Assembly: GCF_024521635.1 (NCBI RefSeq)
Contig: NW_026250424.1
Coordinates: 558,001 to 622,000 of the forward strand
Source of the DNA: Tricharina praecox
Lineage: Eukaryota
DNA length: 64,000 nt
Direction of reading: 5' to 3'
Below the pieces are notes generated by a model. The model saw only the letters and a program-made list of their open reading frames with translations. It was not told the DNA's origin and did not search any database. Shown piece after piece: positions 13,382 to 27,772 of this stretch. A program made the translations under genes and the position numbers. Position 1 is the first letter of the stretch. Every line of letters begins with the position of its first letter.

Positions 13382-13415
<34 letters not shown>

Positions 13416-13656
13416 ACCCAAATCCCAGATGGATGGATGTGTGCTCACGGTGGGTGGAAACAGGCAAATCAAGAAACCGTCCCTCTCAACGGAACGCAAG
13501 AAGCTGTACTTCCAGGGTCCGCCGGAACTCAGGGAGCGTACGAGACCGAATCTGGACAGGAAGATGCGCGATCTGGTGGATGACGGAGAGGAGGTGGCAA
13601 TTACCGATCCTGGACTGCCGTTTAGTCTTAAGCTCAACATGGTGTTCAAGAAATGA
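11969..13656 (+). CDS. UBA3: NEDD8-activating enzyme E1 catalytic subunit, 7 exons including a 6-nt microexon
   Basis: [58 protein letters not shown], catalytic [17 protein letters not shown] and the C-terminal E2-binding domain. Confidence 0.96.
13383..13415 (+). repeat. C33 homopolymer in last UBA3 intron
   Basis: 33 consecutive C. Confidence 0.9.
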
Positions 13657-13804
13657 ACGGGCTAGATACCTAGTTGAGAGGGATGGGAATGGGATGCGAT
13701 GTTTCGTAGAAGCTGCCTGGTATGATACATTGGGTGGCGGCGGGAAACGTTGGGTCAACTCTCAGAATTCATTAGCATTGACGAATCATACTGGTGACGT
13801 GCGA

Positions 13805-14000
13805 ACAATTCTAGCCACACATATAATAGTATATCTACCTTCGCCTCTGCTCCCAACCCTTCAAGAAGTCATACAAACCATACAGCCAAGGCGAGGAATT
13901 CATTATCCATAATGAAACATACGATACAAACAATTCTAGCCGCGGATCTAACTTCGCCTCTGCCCCCAACCCTCAAAGAAGTCATACACATCATAAGCTC
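13805..14000. repeat. Imperfect direct duplication (~125 bp period) between convergent UBA3 and PRP43 3' ends
   Basis: ACAATTCTAGCC...CTTCGCCTCTGC.CCCAACCCT..AAGAAGTCATACA occurs at ~13806 and ~13930. Confidence 0.8.
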
Positions 14001-14058
14001 TAGGCATACACAGAGAACCGCTTGGCCCACCCATCCGCTTCATCATTTACACATCCAT

Positions 14059-16540
<2,482 letters not shown>

Positions 16541-17317
16541 TTGTCGAGACCTCAAGAATATGAGCACAAACGGGTGTTATACCTTGGTTTTAGAATTTCT
16601 TAACAAATATGCTTTGGTGGTGGAGAGAGGAGGAGGTACAAGTGGATTGCAGATGTGTCGTAAAAATGTCAAGGTAGAAACGTGAAGTTTAAAGGTTGTC
16701 TGGTAGGTGGTGGAAATTTATCGAGAACGCAGAGCCGCCACGCTAACTACTAGTGACTAATCAACCTAGCACATTACCACACGTGACTACAAAGCCTCGC
16801 ATCTAGACATCTCATGTTAAATCACTCGTAAAAACACCCAAGAATTCCAAGTAAGCAGCCGTATTCAAAGCTCCAAGGCCTTCTTTGAGCCTTTTCATTG
16901 GCGAATATGTGGGTTGGGTACATTTTAGTAAATGCTGACCGTTACTCAACCAGACATCATTCTAGTTATTGTACTAAGTAGATCCGGATTCTTACTAACG
17001 GGTACGAGATAAAATACCATATTCTCTACTGAAGAGAGATCAATTTATTTCGCATAACTACAGCTTATCGAGACTATGGCGAACCACAATTCGCTGTGCA
17101 TTGATGGAATCGGATGGAGCTTCAAAGTGAGCGGCACGGCATGATTTGATACCACGTTTGCTTTTGCATACACAAAAAACTAGTCCAACTCCGCTCACAT
17201 GGAAATAATAACCTAAAGAAGCACACATTCAAACTCATCTACCAAACCAAGCCAAGTCTACTAACAGAGAAGACTACAGCCATAACTCTAACCCTGAAGG
17301 AAAACGACCTATCCGCA

Positions 17318-19589
17318 TCATGTGTCCCAGGTGTCCGCACCATCATCCTCATCATCTACGACGTACGTCAGTATTCGTGTCTTGTCTATCATAACTGAAC
17401 AGTGGTACATACCGCTATTATTATTCGCAACCGCTTGTTTCCTCTTATTAAGAGCCTCCTGTAACGCTACCATAGGATTCGCCGGGGCAGCTGCAGCTCC
17501 TCCCTTAGACCCACCAGTCGTAGCAATAGGAGCCTCTCTGATCTTCTTCTCGCTGTCCGGCACCTTCCTGAGTCCTCCTGTACCACCAGCTTTGCGGATA
17601 TTCGCCAGTAAGTCGTCTCGCGGTGGTAGACCCCCGGGAGTCGCAATCTTCGGGGCTCCGCCGCCGTCGGCGCGCGGGGGCATTGGGGGAGGCGGTGGCG
17701 GTCCACCCATTGGTGGTAGCGGGGGCGGTGGGGGCGCATTATTACCCACAGGTGGCATTGGTGGTGGTGGTGGTGGTGGTGGAGGTGGTGGCCCGCCGAA
17801 TCCAGGAGGGAGGGGTGGGGCTGGAGGTGCACCGCCCATAGGAGGTGGCGGTGGGGGTGGAGGCGGCGGTGGTGGTGCAGAAGATGTGAAACCTGGCATA
17901 GGGGGAGGGGGTGGCGGGGGGGCAGAAGGTGCGAAGCCAGGCATGAGGGGAGGGGCCGGCGGGGCAGAAGATGTGAAGCCTGGCATCGGGGGTGGTGGCG
18001 GTGGCAGGCTGTGAGGTATCGGGGGTGGCGGCGGTGGTAACGAGGAAGGTATCGGTGGCGGTGGGGGTGGTGCTGAAAACGGTACGGGTGGAACTTCTAC
18101 ACTGGAGTCAGTAGGCGCTCGCGGTAGTCCATAAGGTTCATGCATACCGCGCGCAGGTGGGGCAGGCGGCTCCATTGGCGGCCGAGGAGGCGGTGGTGGG
18201 CCGCTGGACCTGACCGGTAAACTAGGCGCTGGCGGTGCTCTGGCAGGAGTAGGAGGCACAAACGGCGGTGGTACACCGAATCTGTGTCCAGAATGGCCAT
18301 TCTCTTCCAATGGCGTCTTGGGCGGCAGAGGAGGCGCTGATGGCGGAGGAAGTGCCGGTGGCGCAGGAGTAGTTCGTGACGGCGGCGGAGGTTGGCGAAC
18401 GAATGCACCGGCATCGGGAAACGGTGGGGGCACTGCGAATTTCGGCGCCGGGAGTTGAGGAGGTGTCCGAGTGCGCGGCGGTTCCGGAGAAGCAGGAATG
18501 GGTGAGCGAGATGGGGGTGACGAAGAACCCGTCGAGTGGGTAGCCACATGCCCTCTTCGTGGTGGTGGGGGGGGGGGAGCCTTCTTTCCCATTGAACTTC
18601 CCCCTGTGGCCTGTGGGGTCAACATTCCAGCTCTTGCGCCTAGTGACCCTCTAGGAGGCGGGGGTCCTGGCGGCAACGACGGGGGAGGCGCTGGCGGGAG
18701 TGCTGGCGGAGCGGATGGCGGCGGAGGTGGTGGAGGCGGTGGGGGCGCTCTTCCTGCCCGAGAGGTCGACGCCGTCCGTGGTAGAGTAGGGGCATCAGTA
18801 CCATTAGAATATGCCTCCGAACGCTCCTTCTCTTCCTTCTGCCTCTGCTCCTCTTTCTCCTTCTGCTCGATATAGCTGATTATGAACTCTTGGGTATCCT
18901 TATCTCGGATCTGCTCCTCGGTAAGGCCCAGCTGCTTTAATTCCTCCAACAATTTCTGGAACGCCGGGTCGTTCGGATCCATTGACAACCCCGAGCTCGG
19001 AGCGCTAGTCGTGGGACTAGTGGTATGGACATTTCCGTTGACGGCGGCCGGCTTCGACTTAGCCGACGACAATCTCAAATGCGGCATATGGAGATGACCG
19101 TGATGAGCCTGACCCGGACCAGGGCTTCCCCCCAGCCCCTGCTTGGTAATTTCCTTCGCGACCCTCTTCTGGAACTCAGCAGCCTCCTTCTCATCGGCAA
19201 AAGACAATCCGGCCATACATCTTTCCAGCTCAAAGGTGTGGAAGAATGTGCGGTCAGTATTGTACTGGAACCCTTGGTAGATTTCCTGATCCCACAGTAC
19301 CCCTGGTTTGCCCTGTGTCAATCGTCATTAGCCTCACTACGCATCTCGGTGACTGAGCAAAAATCTCCCTTCTTACCTTGATATCCACAATCTTCAAGAA
19401 CAGCGTCTTCCCCACTAGATCTTGCGCCAACACCACCACTCCACTGATGCCGGTAAAGTTCCATTTTGTCCGATCGGGGTAGTTGACGTAAAGCCTCGCT
19501 ATGGCACCGTAGACGACTTTGTTGGATGACTTCGGAACGACACGAGTCACAATGTCCTTATCGGCTTTCGTAAGCTTGGCGGGCGGCAT
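17318..19589 (-). CDS. LAS17: WASP-family actin nucleation-promoting factor Las17/Wsp1, 3 exons
   Basis: WH1 domain (ARLYVNYPD..KW, LWDQEIY, FFHTFELE), polyproline region, WH2 (DLLANIR...LRKV), central helix and acidic tail DDEDDGADTWDT*. Confidence 0.93.
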
Positions 19590-20780
19590 CTCTTCCTCTT
19601 CTCTCTCTTCTCTCTTTACGATGTCTGATTCGTGTAAATAACGGTGTGAAGGACGGCGGCCGAGGAGGATGGGCGTCTCGTAAAGTGGCCCGGAATGCTG
19701 CTGGGACTGGAAGGATCACAGCACCAGCTGAGAAAATTGCACTTCGTGTTGTTGGGAAGCTTTGTTGCGGGGTGTACGTATGGGGAGTTACACTGCGCTT
19801 CTTGAAGCTTCAGCTCGTGTGACTGCACAGGGAAACCCAGTTGGCGATGGGCTAGTAGTAGAGAACGGGAGTGTGAAGTAGGTGTTGGAGAAAGAAACTC
19901 CTTCAGTGTCCGAGAAAAGAAGGGTGCAGCAGTGCTTAGGGTGTAGGTGGGGTGTAGGTACGAGGTAGGTAGAGTCCAGGTCGGTCGGACTTCAGAGGTG
20001 TTGTAGGAAGGGAGCAAGGAGCAACAAGCGGCACTCAAAGCGCCGACCCAGGTCTAAGTCATCCCACTAAGCGTAGGCAATCACACTACGTAATCCCTCT
20101 GCTTAAATGTGTGGCTGTGTGCACTGTGAATGGCAGTTACGAGTCCCGACAAACCGCCACTAATAGATAAAAATTGCCCACGAACACAAACCAGCGCAGG
20201 AGGATTGTGAATGATACCCACAGTGGCCAATTATCTATACTCATCTGATCAAGGTGCTTGGAGGACGCGACTGTTCGTGTTTCTCGAAGGTTCTCCATCG
20301 AACATGGTCCGCATCCCGAAGCGTATAGTGATCATCCCCTCCCGAGACCGGGGAAAAGCCCGCTGGCATCCAAAGTTACAGGAGCTGCCATCGAACGCTA
20401 TTGTTGGCGCTTCAAGCGATAAGATCTCAACCATGGAATCGAGGTTAACCGCGCACCAGCACGGAGGGAGACAAAATGCCAAGTAGTCTTCGGCAACCGG
20501 TTGTGAACGATACGACACGGCAGGCACACGATGTCACTCGGCCTTAGATTCAGCTCCGGAGGGCTGGATGATCAAGGCAGCCGTGTATAGGCTGTATGCG
20601 AAATAAACTGAAGATATATTTCTCTCAAGGCAACCGTAATGCATGGATGAGTCATATCCACCCCTCGCTCTTTAGTATTGCTACCGGTGGCCTCGCACTG
20701 AACATTATGATGAGGATATAACCTTCTTCCATGGCCATATAGATAGATCTCTCCACATATCGCCTCGAATCTTCAAACCC

Positions 20781-21410
20781 ATGCCACGCACAACATTCGC
20801 CTTCATCTCTGGCCACCTCGATCCGCCCCCCATTTATTTCAGCAACTACTACGTACCTCGCATCAGTGCTGCGATCCAATTGGGACATGGCTTCGTCCTC
20901 GGCCCATCACGGGGCATCGACACCATGGCACTCGAGCACCTCCTCTCCTACGGCGTGCCACCCTCGCACATCACTGTCTTCCTAAGCTCCAACGAGTCCT
21001 CCGAGAAGAGCCGCTATGTAGGCCGCGGCGTTAATGCCACAATCGCGGGGAACGGCCATACGGAGAGAGATGAGGCGTGCACTAGAGCTTCGCATTATGA
21101 TATCCTGCGGTACTTGACGGCGGAGGAGGCGAAGGCACATTATGGGCCGAGCTATAAACCACGGGTAAGTGGGACACAGAAGAATGAGATTCGCAGGGGG
21201 ACTGGGGTTGGGTTGAAGGTTGTGGGGGAGGTGGTGGCGGATGGGCAGGAGGTGCCGGTGGTGGAGGTGAATGAAATGGCGAAGAAGAGGAGGGCGCCCA
21301 CTGCTGAGGAAGATACGGGAGGCGAAGGTGACAAGCTGGAGAGTAATCAGATTGAGAAGGTGAACAAGCTGGGACAGTTGGAGAAGGGACTGGAAGAGTT
21401 GGGCGAGTGA
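20781..21410 (+). CDS. Intronless hypothetical protein with SLOG-like (YspA/DprA-type Rossmannoid) motifs
   Basis: 209-aa ORF: FISGH, FVLGPSRGIDTMA, ERDEACT..SHYDI, SGTQKN. Confidence 0.75.
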   Translation: MPRTTFAFISGHLDPPPIYFSNYYVPRISAAIQLGHGFVLGPSRGIDTMALEHLLSYGVPPSHITVFLSSNESSEKSRYVGRGVNATIAGNGHTERDEACTRASHYDILRYLTAEEAKAHYGPSYKPRVSGTQKNEIRRGTGVGLKVVGEVVADGQEVPVVEVNEMAKKRRAPTAEEDTGGEGDKLESNQIEKVNKLGQLEKGLEELGE

Positions 21411-21672
21411 TCAGTCCTTATGGTGGAGGTGGTACTATTTATGCCTTATCATAGCTGGCTGGCCCGCGAATCAGGAAATGCTGCGGATATGCAATCACGA
21501 TATTCTCATGCAGGGGAAAACATTCAAAACAAGCTAGATATACTGCACACCCATCATACCGCCATCGTACCAGAAACCGCAAAGCAAATACAAACACAAA
21601 CAAAAGAAAACATCCGTTATAACTACAGAAACAATGACTAATGACGATACCTATTACAACTCAATTGCAAAG

Positions 21673-23149
21673 CTACGCCCTCTTGATGGGCGCCACTCCA
21701 GCAGACAAAACGCTCGGCAGCTCGGCTTCTCCAATTGAGTACAGCAAGCCAATAGACCAGGCAACGACCAAGATGATGATAACGGTGAAGATGAAAAAGA
21801 GGTGGAAAGGCACGGAGACATCCTGCTTCTGGCATCCGTATCCTGCCCAGTTAATGACCTGCTTGTGGCCACCATCTGTGGACTTCCTGATAGTGGGCAC
21901 GCAAGCGCACGACCAGCATCCCTTGAGAGTCTCTTTGCATTCACCGTGGGATGAGCATGAGTTGGTGGTGTTGGAGCAGGCGTCCTTGCTGGTGTAGCAG
22001 CGCTGGAAGCGAGTGAGGGGGTTACCACGGGCAGGAGAGGTTGGTGGCTGGGAGATGGTTTCGGCCGAAGGCTCGGGTTGTGCAAGTGCATGGCTGGAGG
22101 TCATCGAGAGAGGCGTCTCTGTTCGCTTCTGATGGAAATGAGACGCGATCTCGAATCCAGGCGTCGACTGATCAGCACCAGGGGTGAGCAAGAGGGTGGT
22201 CTTGACGTTACTGGGGGAAGATAGGCGAGAAAGCGCGCTGTGGTAAAGCGAGAGAGCGAGGTTGGCTTCAGTGGAACCAGTACCATAGGTCCTGATCAGA
22301 TCCTTAAGGCCCTGAAAGTGGCAGAACGCAGTGTTCTTTTCCTCGTGCATCCGGGGAACGACTTTCTCGACGAAAGCTTTGAAGATAAGGTATTCGCTCA
22401 TGAAGTGTCGGTCGGCATCACGATCAGGGTTGAAAACGTGCGTCATCTCTTTGGTAACACCCTTATTCTCCTCGCCGACTTGCCACGACTTGTAGTTCGC
22501 AAACTTGTAGTTGGAAACGAGGCTCTCCTAAATTACGGGATCAGATCAGCCGGCATTCATGTCACGGAAGATGGGCCTCTCCATACCGCATCTCTGATGC
22601 CTGGCGTCGCGACACAGAAGCTTGAGTCTAGCGACGCAATCTCTTGCAGAGGTTGTACGGCGATATCGGCCTTCTCTTCAGCAAGCTTCTTCATCAGCTG
22701 GGCGGTCTCTCGTGTGCTCGGCGCGTTCTTCATGATCATCAACGGTGTGCCCAGTGGCAGCCCTACACGTTCGTGGTCAGATCTCGGCACAGCAAACGGT
22801 CGGCCCGCGTAGCTTTCCACATACCATCCGCATCCTCCATCGCGATACCGTCAAGCGACAGCATAAAGCGACCCACATCCTCAGGCGATAAGCCAAATCG
22901 GTTCTCCAGCCGCCCAAACCGCTCCAGCACCTCAATCTTTTTGTCGTTTGTTCCCTGAATCCCCAGCTTGTGGAAGCGCGACACGCCAAGAGCTAGCGCG
23001 AGTCCTAGCCGTGCCTCTTCTGGAGACACCTCAAGTGCAGGTCCACTTAGTGTATGAGAGTTGAGTTCGTAGACGGCGGCGGAGGACGGTGTTGATGCGG
23101 TCACCAACGCGGCGATACCGGACGCCACGATTGCCGCGGAGAGTCTCAT
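21673..23149 (-). CDS. DUF3844 type I membrane protein (Vps3844-like), 3 exons
   Basis: Signal peptide MRLSAAIVAS...; C-terminal CYTSKDAC..TNSCSSHGEC...CAC...WAGYGCQKQDVS, a TM helix and ELPSVL; introns ~22824-22763 and ~22586-22528. Confidence 0.85.
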
Positions 23150-23620
23150 GGTTGGCGGTTCGATTTGCGAGCGACGTAGAAATGCAAAGGCCCCGCAGGT
23201 AGTATCGTTCTTGGATAATTGGCGGGAAAAGGTTGTAGTTTCGTTGCTGGCTATGGTGACGTTGCTTTGGTTAGAGGTAGGTACCTGTTGAGTTCGAGAG
23301 ACAGGGAGAACAGCGTACCAAGATGTTCACAGCAAGAGCGTATTGCACGTCATACATGGGTCCTAAATCACAAGCACTGACTCGCATTTCGCATGTGTCG
23401 CGGCCACGGCCCGCTTAAGTCAATCAAACGCCACCCCACACATTTCTGTCACCTCCAACTCCGCTGTCTATTGAAACCAACGAGCTCTAGGTACCCCCCA
23501 TCCATCGCCACCCGAATTCGACAGTCCCACGGGAGGTCGACCACGGAGCGTGCTTTTTGCACGAATCAACTGCTTGGTCGAAGGATAGGCGCAGCTTTCA
23601 TCTCAACCTGGCGCAATCAC

Positions 23621-23671
23621 ACACGACACCGCAAAACACACGGCACCGCAAAACACACGACACCGCAAAAC
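23621..23671. repeat. 17-bp minisatellite x3 in divergent promoter/5' UTR
   Basis: ACACGRCACCGCAAAAC repeated three times. Confidence 0.9.
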
Positions 23672-23720
23672 GAACAGCCCACTACTTCCATTTTCGACGT
23701 TGTCACAAATCCACATTACC

Positions 23721-25016
23721 ATGTTCAAACGAGTCCGATCGCTCCTCTCCCACTCCCGGGTCCCTCTCGGTGTCGGCGCCGTCGATAATGCGAACGTCTA
23801 CCGAGTGCGATTTCTCAAACCTCCACGGCCGCGCGGTGGCGGCGGTCGCCTTCTCCACATCTTCGGCGGTCTAGCTGTTACAATCATTTTGGGTCTCCGG
23901 GTAGTGCAAGTGATGTCAGCGAGCGGACAGCCAGTCTTCATACCACTCAGCTTCCCCAAGCAGGAAGAGCAACAAAAATACAAACGAAGTGACCCTGAAG
24001 TCAAAGCGTTCATGCGGTTTGGAAGCGACAGAGCACGGACACGACGGGTGCGACGGGCCTTCGAGGAGAAAACCATCGAGATCCTACGGAAGTCCTTCCC
24101 CGACCAGTTCTTGGGCCAGGTCAAACCGACTCACTCGTTACTCTACTTCCACTACCCGCCTGGCCCCCCACGCGGCTACCTTCAGAAGGGTTTACAGCTC
24201 AGCTATAAACCCCCGGATCTCACCGCAACCGATCCCGAGGACAAATACTCGGTTCTGACAGTGGAATATGTTGAGCGCCGACTGAAGCAGGAACAGTACC
24301 TGCAGAGAGAGGCGATCCTGTTTCCTCGGTGGATGTTCAACGCGGTGAACAATTCAATTCGGACTATCTGGGCGGACATCACATTACCGCGAGATTCCAA
24401 CGAGGACGACAAGATTGAAGACATCAATGATCTTGTGCAGTACGGTGTTGATCTGTCGCAATGGACACTGCAGAGCTTCAAGGATGATCTGAAGAAGACC
24501 AAGAGACGTATGCCACCGCCTAACGGACATATTATAATCGATGGAATGGTCCAAGTCACCACCGACAACATCCTCATCACCGTCGATATTACCGGCAGCT
24601 TCAACCCACAGAAACCTGATGAGGCGACTATGCATCGGATTGCCGTACGATTCGCGTCTAAGATCAAGCAACCGCCACAGAAATTTCGAATGGTTGACGC
24701 TCCGAAACCCATGGATCTGAGCAAGGCAGTGGTTTCTGGCCTGAAGAAAGATATCGAAATGGCTAAGGCGGCGGCAAAGAAGGGCGAGCCCGAACTCGAA
24801 ACTTCGAAGGCGTTGGTGGAGAAGTGTGTTGATGCAGAGAAACGGGATGCCGAGAGTGTCGACGATCAAGACATTGTCAAGCGGTTAGTGCCGACGAATG
24901 TCCGGGTTGAGAAATTGGATACAAAAAAGAGTGAGGAAGATCAGCACAAGCCACGACAAGACGCGCCTCCGGCAACTCCTTCGGAGCCACAACAGTCACC
25001 CCCGCCCCGCGAGTAA
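23721..25016 (+). CDS. Fungal hypothetical protein, probably mitochondrial with one TM helix
   Basis: Long intronless ORF; basic presequence-like N-terminus, a hydrophobic segment, then FIPLSFP...YKRSDPE motif. Confidence 0.8.
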   Translation: MFKRVRSLLSHSRVPLGVGAVDNANVYRVRFLKPPRPRGGGGRLLHIFGGLAVTIILGLRVVQVMSASGQPVFIPLSFPKQEEQQKYKRSDPEVKAFMRFGSDRARTRRVRRAFEEKTIEILRKSFPDQFLGQVKPTHSLLYFHYPPGPPRGYLQKGLQLSYKPPDLTATDPEDKYSVLTVEYVERRLKQEQYLQREAILFPRWMFNAVNNSIRTIWADITLPRDSNEDDKIEDINDLVQYGVDLSQWTLQSFKDDLKKTKRRMPPPNGHIIIDGMVQVTTDNILITVDITGSFNPQKPDEATMHRIAVRFASKIKQPPQKFRMVDAPKPMDLSKAVVSGLKKDIEMAKAAAKKGEPELETSKALVEKCVDAEKRDAESVDDQDIVKRLVPTNVRVEKLDTKKSEEDQHKPRQDAPPATPSEPQQSPPPRE

Positions 25017-25392
25017 CCGTCACTCCGTCATGGCCATGCTGCTCAACCATAATTCTCTTGATCTCTTCATGTTTTCCTTTTCTTAGAGCATTGGGGATAA
25101 AGTGCAATGATTTCGGTTTTCTTTTTGGCGTTGGCATTTGTTGGGTTTGTTCGAAGGCGTTTTGTTCAATGGCAGGATGGATGCGATCAGCAACTAGGGG
25201 GAGAGTTGATGCAAAGTTAATGCATCACCTATTTCCTGTGTAAGGAAGCTTCGGTGACGATGTAGTGCGCTTGCAACGTGCTTGTATATTATTAGACAAA
25301 ATACCAGTTGATTGGTGAGGATTGTATGAAAAGAACGCCCTATGTATACCAACTTTTGTTACCCCAATTACCCACTGGGCAGTGCGATTAAC

Positions 25393-26329
25393 CTATGAAC
25401 CTGTGGCCACCGCCGTCTTCGCAGTTTGTGCCTGTGCTCTCCTCTCCTTTTTCGACAGCTTTTGTCCTGCCTCTCCACCCCCGACCTGCGCATTCCCACC
25501 TTGCTTTCCCTTCTTCCCCGTCCCGCCTCCCTGCTCACTCGCCTTTCTCTTCTTCTCCCTCTCCGCCTTTTCCTCCTCCCCAACGCCATCATCAATGACC
25601 TCCACCACGCCCTTGAACGCCCTCCTCCGCATCTCCGCCTGCCTCATCAGGACTCTGCACCTCCCCGCAACCGCATCCCTCGCCGCTTCCTGGCCGAGTC
25701 CCCATAGCACCGCCAAATTAATCACATCATTGGGGGCCCTCAAAGCCAGTGCCTGTCTGGCCTCACTGCTAACAATAATTCCGCGCCCGCCCCTCGTAGC
25801 CCTAATCAAGCTCGCCGCATTCTGTAGCAAATTCTGTCTTGCGCGCACATCGGTGATCGACGCGCCATAGCAAATCTCGAAGCTCAGGCCACGCAGCAGT
25901 GCAGCACCCACGGTCTTGTGCTTCAGTTGGAACGGCAGCCGCTGCGAGAAGTCGAGAGATATCAGATCGCATTCCAGGCTACTGCATGCTTGTAGAAGGA
26001 GTTTTTCGGAGGTGGGGCGGAGGGCTAGGAGAGAGTAGAGAGTGCTTAGGGAAGCGAGTCGGTGGTTTTGGCTGGGGTCCGAGAGAACCAGCGTGCACCG
26101 CGTCAGGAGGGTGAGTTTGTCGTCCGCGGGCAGCGTGGGTGGTGTCGGGAGTTGTGAGGGAAGCTTCCCCGTGAGTGTGGTCGAGAGCGCAACGGTCGTG
26201 TATCCTACTGGTGGATGGTGTTAGTCATGCTGGTGGAAAGCTGGGAGGGAGCCTACATGTGTTCAAAAAGGAGAGGGTCCGCGGAATTTCGGACGCGCTC
26301 GTGTATGGGATGTTGAGGTCATAGTACAT
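25393..26329 (-). CDS. RPP1: RNase P/MRP subunit p30 (PHP fold), 2 exons
   Basis: MYYDLNIPY...LGYTTVAL...LLALRP...ACSSLECDLISLDFSQRLPF...GLSFEICY...GIIVSSEA..ALALRAPNDVINL. Confidence 0.93.
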
Positions 26330-27772
26330 ATTGTGGTGCTTGTTGCTGTTGGCGCGGGCTTCGTTGAAGGTGGGATGTATGTGGGATCGTCTTCAATTTT
26401 AGGCGCGTCACAAGTGGCATCTGATCTGGTCTAATCTACAGAGCTAACAAGCCGCCGTAGGCGCAGAAGCGACAGATGCTGCGATTTGGGCTAGAACTTA
26501 GAAGAGACCTTGGTTCTCGCTCCGTGAAATGCAAATTCCTCGACTTCAATATCTATGCCCGGCCAGAATCGCCGTCTAATGAAGCACGAGGTTATTTCTA
26601 TAGGTGGGTAACGAAGACACACTGTTCCTGAGGATGTGGTAGACCAGGTATGGAGTCAGAATGCTGTAGATGGAAATCTCCCGAGTGAGTGCCTTTGCTC
26701 CTGGTTAGCTTTCACTCGGATATGTACGAATAAGATATTTGAGTGTATGTAGGAGCAAAGAAAGGAGTGGTCGACCAAAGACGCCGATGAGAGGGACATG
26801 CTCGACAACCTCGGAATCTTGCACCTCCTCCGGACATATAATATCCCCCCAGTCTAATATCCAATTCCGGGATTCTCCCGAAGAGGAGCTGCTGGAAAAA
26901 CGGCATGGCAAACAGGGTGCATATAATCCTGAATACCACTGCTCCACGACCCGACTAGAGATCTAGAGGCCCTCCACCTTGGTTGATTGAGACATCCTGA
27001 AGGAGACGAGAGAGTTCTTCGGAGTAGTAGTCAGTACCAAACGCAACGAGGTCCTCCTGGAATAAAATGGGCTGCAGAAGGGCAGGCCAAGGAACAAAGA
27101 AGCAATACTAATCAATAGCGATGATAGTGAGTTTACAGAGCATGGTGGCTACGACGACGACAAAGATTGTGCATAGAAAAAGAGGGTGGCCTCAAAGCGA
27201 CGAGAGATACCTAGTGTACATGGTAGATCTGTATTTGAAGAAGGAAAGAAATCCAGAGATCAGGTACCTATTGCTCGTCAAAAGCGGTTGGGATTTCCTA
27301 AAAATCTAGTTTTACGGGCGAAACGCCGCGGTTGGGCGACATCGTCCTCCCGGAAAGCCGGATGCAAGAGCCATTAGAATCCGAAAGGATCGAATTTTGA
27401 AAGCAAAAGCAAACCGAATATAAGCAGCTTTCAAATCGTCTCGACTTCTAATACTGAGAAACATCCGAACCAGAAAACTTGGCTCAAACTGTTTTGTTTT
27501 CACATTCCAGCCCCGCCAAGCCACGAACGACTTTCCGTGAGCCATAAGTTAACCACGCATCGCCCGTGACCTTGTTACCACCACACACTCTCCGCACCTT
27601 TGCAACCCGCCTTTTAACCCACCCTTCGTCGGGATACCGGCGACATCAACCCGCAGCCGTCAAAATAGCCCCACCAGCAGTATCCCTTTCGTGTCTACTT
27701 CTCCTCCAACTCGCATATCTCCCTTTGATCCCCGATCACGGCAAGAGCACAGTTAACGTCCACCCTCAAAAC

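Noticed and set aside
17262..17298. ACAGAGAAGA (U6-like) and CTAACCCTGA (telomerase-template-like)
   Set aside because: Similarity does not extend beyond ~10 nt, and it lies antisense to the LAS17 3' UTR
17322..18875. Gly-rich plus-strand ORFs
   Set aside because: Antisense shadows of the LAS17 polyproline codons
20150..20650. Short hairpins and box C/D-like words suggesting an ncRNA
   Set aside because: No recognisable snRNA, SRP, RNase P/MRP or snoRNA guide consensus
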